Positions 10,217-18,947 of a stretch of 64,000 nucleotides of DNA are shown here, piece after piece (positions within the stretch are counted from its first letter, which is position 1; every line of letters begins with the position of its first letter). The notes beneath the pieces are model-generated. The model was not told where the DNA came from and did no database searches. It was given only the letters and a program-made list of their open reading frames with translations. Made by a program: the position numbers and the translations under genes. The stretch is from a virus (lineage: Duplodnaviria > Caudoviricetes), in IMG/VR virus record IMGVR_UViG_3300021431_000075, positions 1 through 64,000 of that record; one strand, given 5' to 3'.

Positions 10217-10621
10217 TTAATCATAGTCTCCTCTTTCGAAAAGATCAACAACTTCGTCAAAATTCTGTTTGACATATGCAAATGCTTCGTCATAATCAGT
10301 GAATCTTTTGAAATCAATCCAACCGTCCTTACCCGGCAGCAAACCGCCACGCTCTTTTGGAATGTCAAGACCAAACTCAACATCCGGAATCATGTAAATC
10401 TCTTCAATCGGTGCCAAAAGGTTCTTTTCTTTCATGATAAGGTAGCCAACCTCTCTGCCATTATAAACAATAGTCTGTCTATGTCGTCCTCTACCCAAAT
10501 CTTGCGGCTCTATATATTCGAATTCATCAACTGAATCATTCTCATTAAGACGCATTTTCACGACTCTGGCTACATCTTTCATAATGCTCTCGTAGAGTTT
10601 TCTTTTACTATTTCTATTCAT
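10217..10621 (-). CDS. Hypothetical protein with 27-aa YESIMKDVA...LNE leader
   Basis: Start moved to ATG 10621, downstream of the promoter motif; leader is 19/27 identical to that of 46085..46846. Confidence 0.75.
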   Translation of the reverse strand: MNRNSKRKLYESIMKDVARVVKMRLNENDSVDEFEYIEPQDLGRGRHRQTIVYNGREVGYLIMKEKNLLAPIEEIYMIPDVEFGLDIPKERGGLLPGKDGWIDFKRFTDYDEAFAYVKQNFDEVVDLFERGDYD

Positions 10622-10638
10622 TAAAAATAAACATCTTT

Positions 10639-10654
10639 TTATAAGGTATTTATT
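10639..10654 (-). promoter_or_regulatory. Phage promoter, extended form (AATAAATACCTTATAA)
   Basis: One mismatch to the conserved extended motif, 18 nt before ATG. Confidence 0.7.
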
Positions 10655-10677
10655 TTTGCACATCTTTAAAAAATTAG

Positions 10678-10767
10678 TCAGCTAACAAAAGTCGGAACAT
10701 AAACAAGTTCTTCTCTCTTGAGTCCAAATTCTTTGCAAATAGATATTATTTGTCTATCAGTTTTCAT
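10678..10767 (-). CDS. Possible 29-aa small protein (MKTDRQIISICKEFGLKREELVYVPTFVS)
   Basis: Short ORF directly behind AATAAATA at 10786-10793. Confidence 0.3.
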   Translation of the reverse strand: MKTDRQIISICKEFGLKREELVYVPTFVS

Positions 10768-10872
10768 AAACGGATTGCATTTGTTTATTTATTTTTAAAC
10801 TGTTTTCTATCTTGATTTTTAAATTGTATTAAAATTATTGCAAAATTTATTGCAAAACTGATTACATTTTTC

Positions 10873-10880
10873 TATCTTTG
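10873..10880 (+). promoter_or_regulatory. Bacteroidota-type -7 promoter element (TATCTTTG)
   Basis: Matches TAnnTTTG upstream of 10942. Confidence 0.6.
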
Positions 10881-10941
10881 CAACAAATTATCTTCAAACG
10901 AAAACAACATAAGTCATACAATCAATAAACTCAAAAAATAA

Positions 10942-11181
10942 ATGAAAAATAAAAACATGATTCTGGAAGGATTCAGTTCAATTCTGGAAGGATTCAGTTC
11001 AATTCTGGAAGGATTCTTCTCAATCTTAAACATCAGCGGCAGCAACGCATCTAAGAAAATTCAAAGAAAAAAGTCCAATCTCACTGATATAGAACAAGAC
11101 TGGCAACAAATTGAACAAGACTGGCAACAAGTCGGAACGGATTTCCGAGATGCGCTGAACAATTTCAAAAAGAATAATTAA
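10942..11181 (+). CDS. Small hypothetical protein with internal tandem repeats
   Basis: ILEGFSS x3 and IEQDWQQ x2; flanked by host-type promoter and terminator. Confidence 0.7.
   Translation: MKNKNMILEGFSSILEGFSSILEGFFSILNISGSNASKKIQRKKSNLTDIEQDWQQIEQDWQQVGTDFRDALNNFKKNN
10960..11022 (+). repeat. 21-bp tandem repeat x3
   Basis: attctggaaggattcagttca twice exactly, third copy with 2 changes. Confidence 0.95.
11089..11130 (+). repeat. 21-bp tandem repeat x2
   Basis: at(a/t)gaacaagactggcaacaa. Confidence 0.95.
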
Positions 11182-11190
11182 CTATTAAAT

Positions 11191-11220
11191 GAGCAGTTCT
11201 AAAAACAAACAGAACTGCTC
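11191..11220. terminator. Intrinsic terminator between convergent genes
   Basis: gagcagttct-N10-agaactgctc followed by a T-rich tract. Confidence 0.75.
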
Positions 11221-11229
11221 CTTTATTTT

Positions 11230-11418
11230 TCATTCATCATCGGCAAATCTCCAGTTCCTTTCTATATAGGAAAATGCACAGTTTCTTCTATGATTTTTCA
11301 TCATCAAATGATAACGATGACTAATATCATCAACATGATAGACTATCCAAACTTTGTTGCCGTCAGTTATGCTATCTCCGATTTTGAACTTCGGTTTTAT
11401 TTCTTCAATTTTGCTCAT
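11230..11418 (-). CDS. Small hypothetical protein (KPKFKIGD, SH3-like)
   Basis: ATG at 11418; follows the WG gene on the same strand. Confidence 0.55.
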   Translation of the reverse strand: MSKIEEIKPKFKIGDSITDGNKVWIVYHVDDISHRYHLMMKNHRRNCAFSYIERNWRFADDE

Positions 11419-11445
11419 AACCAATCTATTAAAAATAATTCAAAC

Positions 11446-13080
11446 TCAAATCATTGAAACAATATTTCCTTCCGAATCAACACATACACCGTCTTTTGAA
11501 ATCAGCAAATCGTCAAACTGCTCTATCCAATTCTTATCAACAAATTTCGGAAACGCGAGATTGCCTTTCCGGTTTATATAATTTATTTCATGACGATAAT
11601 TTTCCACTTTTGCAAAACCGTCCTTAAAATCTTCTGCAGCATGAAACCACTTGTCAGATATATAATGTCCATTCACATCAATAAAGTTATAGTCAGTTCC
11701 ATGATAAACACGAAAGAAACCGTCAGAATAGTTCTTGATTTCTGGATTAATCCATTTTGAAAATATTAAGTTTCCTTTCTTGTCAATCACGTTGTATTTG
11801 TGATTTTTCATGACAACAGCATAGCCGTTCACAAATGGAAAACATTTATCACAATTATTCTCTAAAAGAAAATTTCCACTTGTGTCAATATAGTTCGCAT
11901 CAACTACTGAAGGTTCAACAACTGCAAAACCATCATGGAATTGGTAAGCCTTAAAGAAATGACGATCAGGGCACAAAACATTTCCATTCGTGTCGATATA
12001 GTTCCATCCGTAATCATCATCTTCAAGACTGCCATTAAAGACCGGCGCATATCCTTCGGAAAAATCTTCCACTTCTGTATAATGAAGCTTCTTCCCTCTT
12101 TTATTCTTCAGCAGCTCGCCTTTCGTATTTATGAAAAAAGACTCGTATTTATGTACAACTGCAAGACCATTGCTGAAGTCCCTGCATCCATCAAACCAAA
12201 CCGGAGAGATAGTAGAACCATTTTTGTTTATGAAATTATATTTGATATCCTTGCCATTAATTTTTGATTCGACAACAGCAAAACCTTCATGAAAATCACA
12301 AACATCTTCATACCATGTAGTTGAAACCAAGTCTCCGGTTTCCTTGTCTATAAAATTCCATTTATCATTGCCATCTTTCACATCAACATTCACTCTTGCA
12401 AACCCATCATGGAAATCATAGCAATCCCTGAACCATCCATCTAAAAGAAGATTTCCGTCATAATCAACAAGATTGTAAGTGCCGTCGAAACACAATCTAT
12501 AATTAATGTTATTATTTCTGGTATTACATCTGATGCACGATCTACAAAAACTCTTCAATATCTCGCTCTCACTCTTATCCGGGAAATATATATGAAAGAA
12601 CCAATAAAATGATTCTTCGTCATTGATTTCTATCGATGGATGTTCTTTTATTTCAAATCTACCAAAATTTGTACTAAACTTAAACTCTCCCGGCTTGTCT
12701 TTGATTTTGTCATTAGCAAACTTTAGTCCAATAACATATCCAGAAAACAAAACCGCAATACGATTGATAAGAATGCAAAAATCACCAAGAGACATGTTCT
12801 CTGAATGAAATGATATAACTATTAGACAACTTTTATTACCAGTTAAATCTAACAGACAAACCAGCGGTTCTTTGTATCTCTCTATGAAATGGCTTGACAA
12901 CAACACTTTGTTGACATAACTCTCTATTGTCTGTTTTCCATCATCTCCTCCAAACGAAGTCTTGCAGTCAAACACCAGCATGACATTACAACTATCATCA
13001 CTGGCATCATCCTTAACATCTTCAACATCAACAGCATCGAGAAGACTCTCATTCAACATTTTTGATTTATGTTGCATCAT
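11446..13080 (-). CDS. WG/KWG beta-repeat protein with N-terminal domain
   Basis: Repeated F(H/S)(D/E)G(F/Y)A.V...(W/Y)N(F/Y)ID..G; leader MLNESLLDAVDVEDV; start moved to ATG 13080. Confidence 0.85.
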   Translation of the reverse strand: MMQHKSKMLNESLLDAVDVEDVKDDASDDSCNVMLVFDCKTSFGGDDGKQTIESYVNKVLLSSHFIERYKEPLVCLLDLTGNKSCLIVISFHSENMSLGDFCILINRIAVLFSGYVIGLKFANDKIKDKPGEFKFSTNFGRFEIKEHPSIEINDEESFYWFFHIYFPDKSESEILKSFCRSCIRCNTRNNNINYRLCFDGTYNLVDYDGNLLLDGWFRDCYDFHDGFARVNVDVKDGNDKWNFIDKETGDLVSTTWYEDVCDFHEGFAVVESKINGKDIKYNFINKNGSTISPVWFDGCRDFSNGLAVVHKYESFFINTKGELLKNKRGKKLHYTEVEDFSEGYAPVFNGSLEDDDYGWNYIDTNGNVLCPDRHFFKAYQFHDGFAVVEPSVVDANYIDTSGNFLLENNCDKCFPFVNGYAVVMKNHKYNVIDKKGNLIFSKWINPEIKNYSDGFFRVYHGTDYNFIDVNGHYISDKWFHAAEDFKDGFAKVENYRHEINYINRKGNLAFPKFVDKNWIEQFDDLLISKDGVCVDSEGNIVSMI

Positions 13081-13112
13081 TGCTACGATTTCCAAGATTT
13101 TTGCTTTATCTT

Positions 13113-13129
13113 ATTATAAGATATTTATC
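13113..13129 (-). promoter_or_regulatory. Phage promoter GATAAATATCTTATAAT
   Basis: Exact extended motif. Confidence 0.8.
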
Positions 13130-13143
13130 GAAAACGCTGAAAA

Positions 13144-13815
13144 TCAAACATGTTCGATAAAGACTTCGAACTCATCTTTCGCAAACCTGTCCAACGGCAT
13201 CCGACTTCCGTTTCCGAGTCGAAAATCATATCTCATCCGGTTCTCATATGATTTCAATGCTTTCTCGAAAGTCTTCATATCTGTAAGAATCCAGTTCCCG
13301 TACTTTGATTTCTTGATAATGTACGCGGGCTTCACAATCACCTTGTCTCCGTAAGTCTCAAAATGATGCCAGATGTTTCCATTATAGTTGAAACGGACAG
13401 GCTTCGTCTCGTAGATATAGTTGAACTGCTTTCCTTGTTTTCTTAATGTCTCAAGCCGTTCTTCATAGAAGTACTCAACAAACTCGATATTCCCACATTC
13501 GTCAATAATGTACGGGTACAAATGCCCGAATTTGATGTTCTTCTTTCTTGCAATACTCTTGAACGGTTCCTTGAACGTCTTATGCTCATAGTCAAAGACA
13601 TCGTCAAGAAAAGCAGAAATCTTATTTCCAGACTCGTCGCGCAAAAATCTGTAGCGACCATTCTCAACTGAACCGCTTCCTGCGCCGCCCAGCAAGAACT
13701 GCTCGACATAACCGCGCGGAAACGCATAGATGCCGAGTTCAGCAGGAGCAGAGTGGAAACTGTCATTAATTTTATGTTTCTGCGGCTTCAATGAGCCGTA
13801 TCTGATGAATTGCAT
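13144..13815 (-). CDS. Hypothetical protein
   Basis: 223-aa ORF preceded by host-type TAAATTTG at 13849-13856 (-). Confidence 0.7.
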   Translation of the reverse strand: MQFIRYGSLKPQKHKINDSFHSAPAELGIYAFPRGYVEQFLLGGAGSGSVENGRYRFLRDESGNKISAFLDDVFDYEHKTFKEPFKSIARKKNIKFGHLYPYIIDECGNIEFVEYFYEERLETLRKQGKQFNYIYETKPVRFNYNGNIWHHFETYGDKVIVKPAYIIKKSKYGNWILTDMKTFEKALKSYENRMRYDFRLGNGSRMPLDRFAKDEFEVFIEHV

Positions 13816-13909
13816 TTGTTTTTATTTGTTTTTGATTGTTTGATGATGCAAATTTATAAAAATTTTTCATTTTCTCAAAGTTTTTCTTCTGTTATTGCTT
13901 CATTTTTGC

Positions 13910-13917
13910 TAAATTTG
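13910..13917 (+). promoter_or_regulatory. Bacteroidota-type -7 promoter element (TAAATTTG)
   Basis: Divergent pair with 13849-13856. Confidence 0.6.
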
Positions 13918-13943
13918 CAAAACTTTTAACATATAAAAACAAA

Positions 13944-15224
13944 ATGGAAATCAAAAACTACACATTGACCGAAGTTGCAGAAATGCTCAATATGTCATTG
14001 AAACAAGTCAGGAAATTCGTCTCATCAGGAGAACTGAAAACAACAAAAGAGCACAACCATTATTCAGTCACACAGCAAGACTTTGACAACTTCAAAAACT
14101 ACATCGAATCCGATAAGCATAACATAAAGCTTCAGGAAATCGCCGATGTTTTCAAGTCTTATAACGAAAATACAGAAAAGACACCAAAACAAGAGAAATC
14201 AGAAGAAACAAGATGGATAGATATCAGCAAGTTCTGGAGCAATCCACCAAAGTCATCAATGACTTTCGTTGACTTGTTCTGCGGTGCAGGCGGTCTTTCA
14301 AAGGGACTTGAAATGGCAGGTCTCGAAGGCATTTGCGGTCTTGACTGGTTCAATGAAGCATGCATGACATACAACAAGAACTTCGACCATCCTTTCGTGA
14401 ACGGCGATATCAAGAACCCGGACATCAAACAAAAGTTCTATAAAACAGTCAAGAAACAACTGAACGGCAGACATCTTGACATCGTTGCCGGCGGTTTCCC
14501 TTGTCAGGGATTCTCAATGGCAGGAAACCGTATAGTTGATGATCCGAGAAACTCTCTTTATAAAGAACTCATAGAAATTGTGACTGAACTGTATCCAGAT
14601 TTCGTCATATGCGAGAATGTCAAGGGACTGAGAAACATGCTCGGCGGTCTTGTCGAGAAGAAAATCATACAAGACTTCTATGAAATCGGCTATGACATGC
14701 AAGTCGAAACCCTGTGTGCAGCCGACTATTACACTCCGCAGAAAAGAGAAAGAGTCATCTTCATCGGAAATAGAAAAGGTCTGCAGAACTATCATCCGAA
14801 ACCGATTCTAACACCGGAAAACTACATCACAACTGGTCAAGCAATCGCAGACTTGATAGAACATCCAGCAGATCCCGAATTCAACCATGTGCCGACAAAT
14901 CATACAGAAGAAATGAAGAAGCGCATCATGGAAACTCCGGAAGGACATAGCCTGTACAAGGGATACAGCGACGCTTGGAAGAAATGCCCTTGGGACAAGC
15001 CGTCTTGTACAGTCAAAGAGAATCACGGCGGCGTGAACCTGCATCCGAAACTTCCAAGAGTCCTGACTGCAAGAGAGATGGCAAGACTTCAGTCATTTCC
15101 TGACGACTTCATCTTTGAAGGAAAGAAGAACAAGCAGCTTGTCCAGATTGGAAACGCGGTGCCGCCTTATCTCGGAAAAGCAATCGGACTTGCAGTCAGG
15201 ATGATGAACAATGATATTAGTTAA
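13944..15224 (+). CDS. dcm: DNA (cytosine-5)-methyltransferase with N-terminal excisionase/MerR-like HTH
   Basis: DLFCGAGG, GFPCQGFS, ENV, QKRER, RLQSFP, QIGNAV; N-terminal YTLTEVAEMLNMSLKQVRKFVSSGEL. Confidence 0.93.
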   Translation: MEIKNYTLTEVAEMLNMSLKQVRKFVSSGELKTTKEHNHYSVTQQDFDNFKNYIESDKHNIKLQEIADVFKSYNENTEKTPKQEKSEETRWIDISKFWSNPPKSSMTFVDLFCGAGGLSKGLEMAGLEGICGLDWFNEACMTYNKNFDHPFVNGDIKNPDIKQKFYKTVKKQLNGRHLDIVAGGFPCQGFSMAGNRIVDDPRNSLYKELIEIVTELYPDFVICENVKGLRNMLGGLVEKKIIQDFYEIGYDMQVETLCAADYYTPQKRERVIFIGNRKGLQNYHPKPILTPENYITTGQAIADLIEHPADPEFNHVPTNHTEEMKKRIMETPEGHSLYKGYSDAWKKCPWDKPSCTVKENHGGVNLHPKLPRVLTAREMARLQSFPDDFIFEGKKNKQLVQIGNAVPPYLGKAIGLAVRMMNNDIS

Positions 15225-15243
15225 AGAACAAACACATATGCAA

Positions 15244-15278
15244 CAAAAAAGAGTATCTTGAAAAAGATGCTCTTTTTG
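15244..15278 (+). terminator. Intrinsic terminator
   Basis: aaaagagtatctt...aagatgctctttt. Confidence 0.65.
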
Positions 15279-15297
15279 TTTATATGGACAATATTTT

Positions 15298-15314
15298 GAT
15301 AAATATCTTGATAA
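15298..15314 (+). promoter_or_regulatory. Phage promoter GATAAATATCTTGATAA
   Basis: Near-exact extended motif upstream of the epimerase. Confidence 0.7.
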
Positions 15315-15343
15315 CTTTATTTTAATAACAAACTTCAAAAGCA

Positions 15344-16348
15344 ATGAATATACTTATAACCGGAATCGCTGGATTAATTGGTTCCCGCCTTGCTGATTAC
15401 ATCATTGAAAATACAGAACATACAGTAATAGGCATTGATGATTTTTCCGGTGGTTACATTGAAAATGTCAATAAAAATGCAATTTTCTACAAAAGAGATC
15501 TATCATCGAACAGCATTGATGATATATTCAGAAAACACAATATAGACATTGCATATCACTTTGCATGCTATGCCGCAGAAGGTCTCTCGCCATTTATGCG
15601 CAACTTCAACTACCGCAACAATATATTATGTACAACAAATATAGTCAACAATTGCATCAATTTCAAAGTTAAAAGACTAATATATGCTTCATCAATGTCT
15701 ATATACGGACACGGAAAGAAAAACGGAGAAATATTTGATGAAACACTACCATATGCTCCGATTGATCCATATGGCGTGTCAAAAATGGCTTGCGAAATGG
15801 ACATAAAAATAGCAAACGAGCAACATGGACTCGACTATGTCATCATAAGACCTCACAACGTATTCGGCATAAAGCAGAACATTTGGGATAAGTACAGAAA
15901 TGTTCTTGGTATTTGGATGTACCAGACACTAAACAATGAACCAATGCTCATATACGGCGATGGAGAACAAACTCGCGCTTTTACATACATCGACAACATT
16001 CTTCCATGCCTGTACAGATGCGCATATGACCAAAATATATCAAAAGAAACAATCAATCTTGGAGGCATTAAACAATTTACAATAAATCAAGCAAATGATA
16101 TATTAAAGTCAATAACCGGCTATAATAAAGTAGTCCATATGGAACAGAGGCATGAAGTCAAATTTGCCGTACCTACATATCAGAAATCCATTGACTTGCT
16201 CGGTTATTCAGAACCGGTATCATTTGAAGAAGGATTAAGAAGAATGTGGGAATGGGCAAAGATACAACCCATGAGGAAACGCAAAATATGGGATTCATAT
16301 GAAATAACAGACAAATTATACAATTATTGGAAAAATGACAAACACTAA
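15344..16348 (+). CDS. NAD-dependent nucleotide-sugar epimerase/dehydratase
   Basis: TGIAGLIG Rossmann motif, YGVSK (YxxxK), GDGEQTRAFTYI. Confidence 0.93.
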   Translation: MNILITGIAGLIGSRLADYIIENTEHTVIGIDDFSGGYIENVNKNAIFYKRDLSSNSIDDIFRKHNIDIAYHFACYAAEGLSPFMRNFNYRNNILCTTNIVNNCINFKVKRLIYASSMSIYGHGKKNGEIFDETLPYAPIDPYGVSKMACEMDIKIANEQHGLDYVIIRPHNVFGIKQNIWDKYRNVLGIWMYQTLNNEPMLIYGDGEQTRAFTYIDNILPCLYRCAYDQNISKETINLGGIKQFTINQANDILKSITGYNKVVHMEQRHEVKFAVPTYQKSIDLLGYSEPVSFEEGLRRMWEWAKIQPMRKRKIWDSYEITDKLYNYWKNDKH

Positions 16349-17075
16349 ACTCATATTCTATTGGTATGTTCACAATAGAGACTGGCATTATTTATATGAC
16401 ATCCACATCAAGTTACTCAATGAATATAAAGACAGGTTTTCAGAACAAGAATTTATTATTGCAACAGACTCTGATACAAAACAAGAGTATATTGATGCCG
16501 TATTAACAAAACTGAAGTCAATATTTCCAAATGCAAAGTTCACATTCTATGAAAATGACAAGCAGTTGCGAGAATCCAAATACTTCTATAATGAAATCGC
16601 TACGAAACTCGATCAAATGGATGACCGATGGTACTTTTTCGCACACAACAAGGGAGTTGATTCGCATTATGCACCCGGCATCTTATGCAAGATGTGGGTT
16701 GTCGGAATGTACTACATGAATCTTAATTATCCAGAAAAGATTCTTGAAGATATGAACAAGCCACAAACATGCGTCATCGGAACATATCTGTTACATGGCT
16801 TCATGTATTGGCCTTGGCTCACATTCGGATGGCATTATTCTGGAACATTCTGGTGGTTTAATCCAAAACGCATTTCAAATCTAATGAAAGAAAAGAATAC
16901 TTCAATTCCTAAAAAGAATGACAGATATTTCACAGAAAGCTGCTGGGGTTCTTGCATCCCTGATGATGACTTGTACAGAAAACCTGCTCTCGGCAAGTAC
17001 GACGCCCAATGGAGAAACAAGTTCAACTGGATGGACCCTGCTGACAGAGAGAAAGCAATGAGTTTCCTTAATTAA
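16335..17075 (+). CDS. Putative glycosyltransferase-like protein
   Basis: FFAHNKG and WHYSGTFWWF motifs; overlaps the epimerase stop. Confidence 0.5.
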   Translation: MTNTKLIFYWYVHNRDWHYLYDIHIKLLNEYKDRFSEQEFIIATDSDTKQEYIDAVLTKLKSIFPNAKFTFYENDKQLRESKYFYNEIATKLDQMDDRWYFFAHNKGVDSHYAPGILCKMWVVGMYYMNLNYPEKILEDMNKPQTCVIGTYLLHGFMYWPWLTFGWHYSGTFWWFNPKRISNLMKEKNTSIPKKNDRYFTESCWGSCIPDDDLYRKPALGKYDAQWRNKFNWMDPADREKAMSFLN

Positions 17076-17094
17076 AGAATATAACAACTCATCT

Positions 17095-17130
17095 AACGGA
17101 CAATCTACCAGCCAAGTAGCATTGTCCGTT
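17095..17130 (+). terminator. Intrinsic terminator
   Basis: aacggacaat...attgtccgtt followed by ttcttt. Confidence 0.65.
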
Positions 17131-17145
17131 TTCTTTGCATTAAAA

Positions 17146-17162
17146 AATAAATATCTTATAAT
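17146..17162 (+). promoter_or_regulatory. Phage promoter AATAAATATCTTATAAT
   Basis: Exact extended motif. Confidence 0.8.
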
Positions 17163-17194
17163 ACATAAACATTCAGGTCCGTTTTTTAACTGCT

Positions 17195-18865
17195 ATGAAA
17201 TTCAAGAAAAGAAATATTTTCGAAAGCATTCTTGATAGTGTCGAAGCCGATGAGGTTGTTGACATTGATGATGTTTCAATTGAAGAAAAGGCAATTTACA
17301 TTATATACAATGACAACATCACAGACAAAGAAAACACTGATGTCATAATTGAAAGAATTTCAACAATCTTGAAAAAAAGCAACTTCATAGCAAAATTCAA
17401 TAAACCGGAATACATAGATGACGAATATTCCAAAAAATCTTTCTACCTCGACGAAAACTATTATATAATCTTGTTCAGATTCGAACAAAACCCAAATGCG
17501 TCTCTTGATGATTTCTGCAAGTTAATCAGGTTGATAGACATCAACACGAACATTCATTCGATGTTTTATGAAAATGGCGAATTAAACTACCGTCTTGGTT
17601 TCAACACATTCACGCGCTATGATATTTTGATAAACAACAGTTACAATAGGGAAGACGAAAAATTCATAACGTTCTTTAGAAGTTTCTTTCCGGACGCATC
17701 AAAAGAGCAAATTTTGAAATCTTTCATCCGCGCATGCGTTAGGTTCAGCAACGACCAAGCAAAATTCTCACCAGAGCAGAAATGGTTCACAATCAAGATA
17801 GACTTTGATGAGAACTTTGTCAACAAAAACGGAGACTTTATGTTCAAAAAACCGTTGAAATATGTTGATAGATTCTCAGACGGATATGCTCTTATCAAGA
17901 TTGATGACAAAAAACAATATATTTCTGAAAACGGAGTCATACTATCTTCTGACAAATGGCTTCCTGCCAAGTCGTTCGAAAACGGTTATGCGATAGTTCT
18001 GAACCCGAATTATGGTAAAAAGGTCGTCCTCGATTTATACGGCATCATCAACACAAAAGGAGAACTGGTCACAAACACTTGGTACACAAAAATCATATCA
18101 TATTCAAAAGACGGAATCGCTCTTGTGGAAGAAAGATACTATCAAGTGCTAATAGACTTGACCGGAAAGCGAAAGTTTCCAGAATTGCGCAACGGTTATG
18201 AGTACTGCAGTTATTTCACAAACGGATTTGCCATCATCAGAAAAAACGATAGCGGAAACGATTATGTGTACAACTTTGTAGACGAGGAAGGCAACTTGCT
18301 TTATGAAGAATACGAATGGTTCAAATGGTGCATGGACTTCTCTGACGGCTATGCGGTTGTTGAACTGAACGACAATGACGAAGATGCATATAACTACATT
18401 GATGAAAACGGAGACTTTCTTTTATCAAAAGACCGTAAGAAATGCCACAATTTCCATGAAGGTTATGCGGTAGTTTCTGATAGCAAGGACCCTACAAGAT
18501 GGAACTTCATAGACCTGAACGGAAAAGAGATTTCAGATGAATCGTTCTTTGATGTTGTCAGTGATTTCCATGATGGCGTTGCCGTTGTAAAGAACGAAGA
18601 GAACAAGTACACATATATAGGAACAGACGGTAAAATGCTCTTTCCGGGCAAATGGTTCGACTTGTGCTTAAATTTTGAAAACGGAATTGCAAAAATATAT
18701 GTGGATTCCAAAATCAACTTCATTGACAAGAAAGGAAACGAGTTGCTTCCAAAACGTGAATTTATTGATGACGAAGAAGCATGCAAGATAACCAACAATA
18801 TGATTGTTTTCAACAGACTTGGAATCGCTTATGACTTCAATGGAAACCTGATTTCAATAATTTAA
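17195..18865 (+). CDS. WG/KWG beta-repeat protein (array member 1)
   Basis: Leader IFESILDSVEADEV, conserved N-domain, WG repeats, C-terminus DFNGNLISII. Confidence 0.85.
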   Translation: MKFKKRNIFESILDSVEADEVVDIDDVSIEEKAIYIIYNDNITDKENTDVIIERISTILKKSNFIAKFNKPEYIDDEYSKKSFYLDENYYIILFRFEQNPNASLDDFCKLIRLIDINTNIHSMFYENGELNYRLGFNTFTRYDILINNSYNREDEKFITFFRSFFPDASKEQILKSFIRACVRFSNDQAKFSPEQKWFTIKIDFDENFVNKNGDFMFKKPLKYVDRFSDGYALIKIDDKKQYISENGVILSSDKWLPAKSFENGYAIVLNPNYGKKVVLDLYGIINTKGELVTNTWYTKIISYSKDGIALVEERYYQVLIDLTGKRKFPELRNGYEYCSYFTNGFAIIRKNDSGNDYVYNFVDEEGNLLYEEYEWFKWCMDFSDGYAVVELNDNDEDAYNYIDENGDFLLSKDRKKCHNFHEGYAVVSDSKDPTRWNFIDLNGKEISDESFFDVVSDFHDGVAVVKNEENKYTYIGTDGKMLFPGKWFDLCLNFENGIAKIYVDSKINFIDKKGNELLPKREFIDDEEACKITNNMIVFNRLGIAYDFNGNLISII

Positions 18866-18908
18866 CTTTTTTTATAGTTCTTTTCTTGCTTTCAAAATCC
18901 AGTTTCTT

Positions 18909-18916
18909 TATCTTTG
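18909..18916 (+). promoter_or_regulatory. Bacteroidota-type -7 promoter element (TATCTTTG)
   Basis: TAnnTTTG with TTG about 20 nt upstream. Confidence 0.65.
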
Positions 18917-18947
18917 CAAACTGAAATCGATTCATCATTTCATAGAA

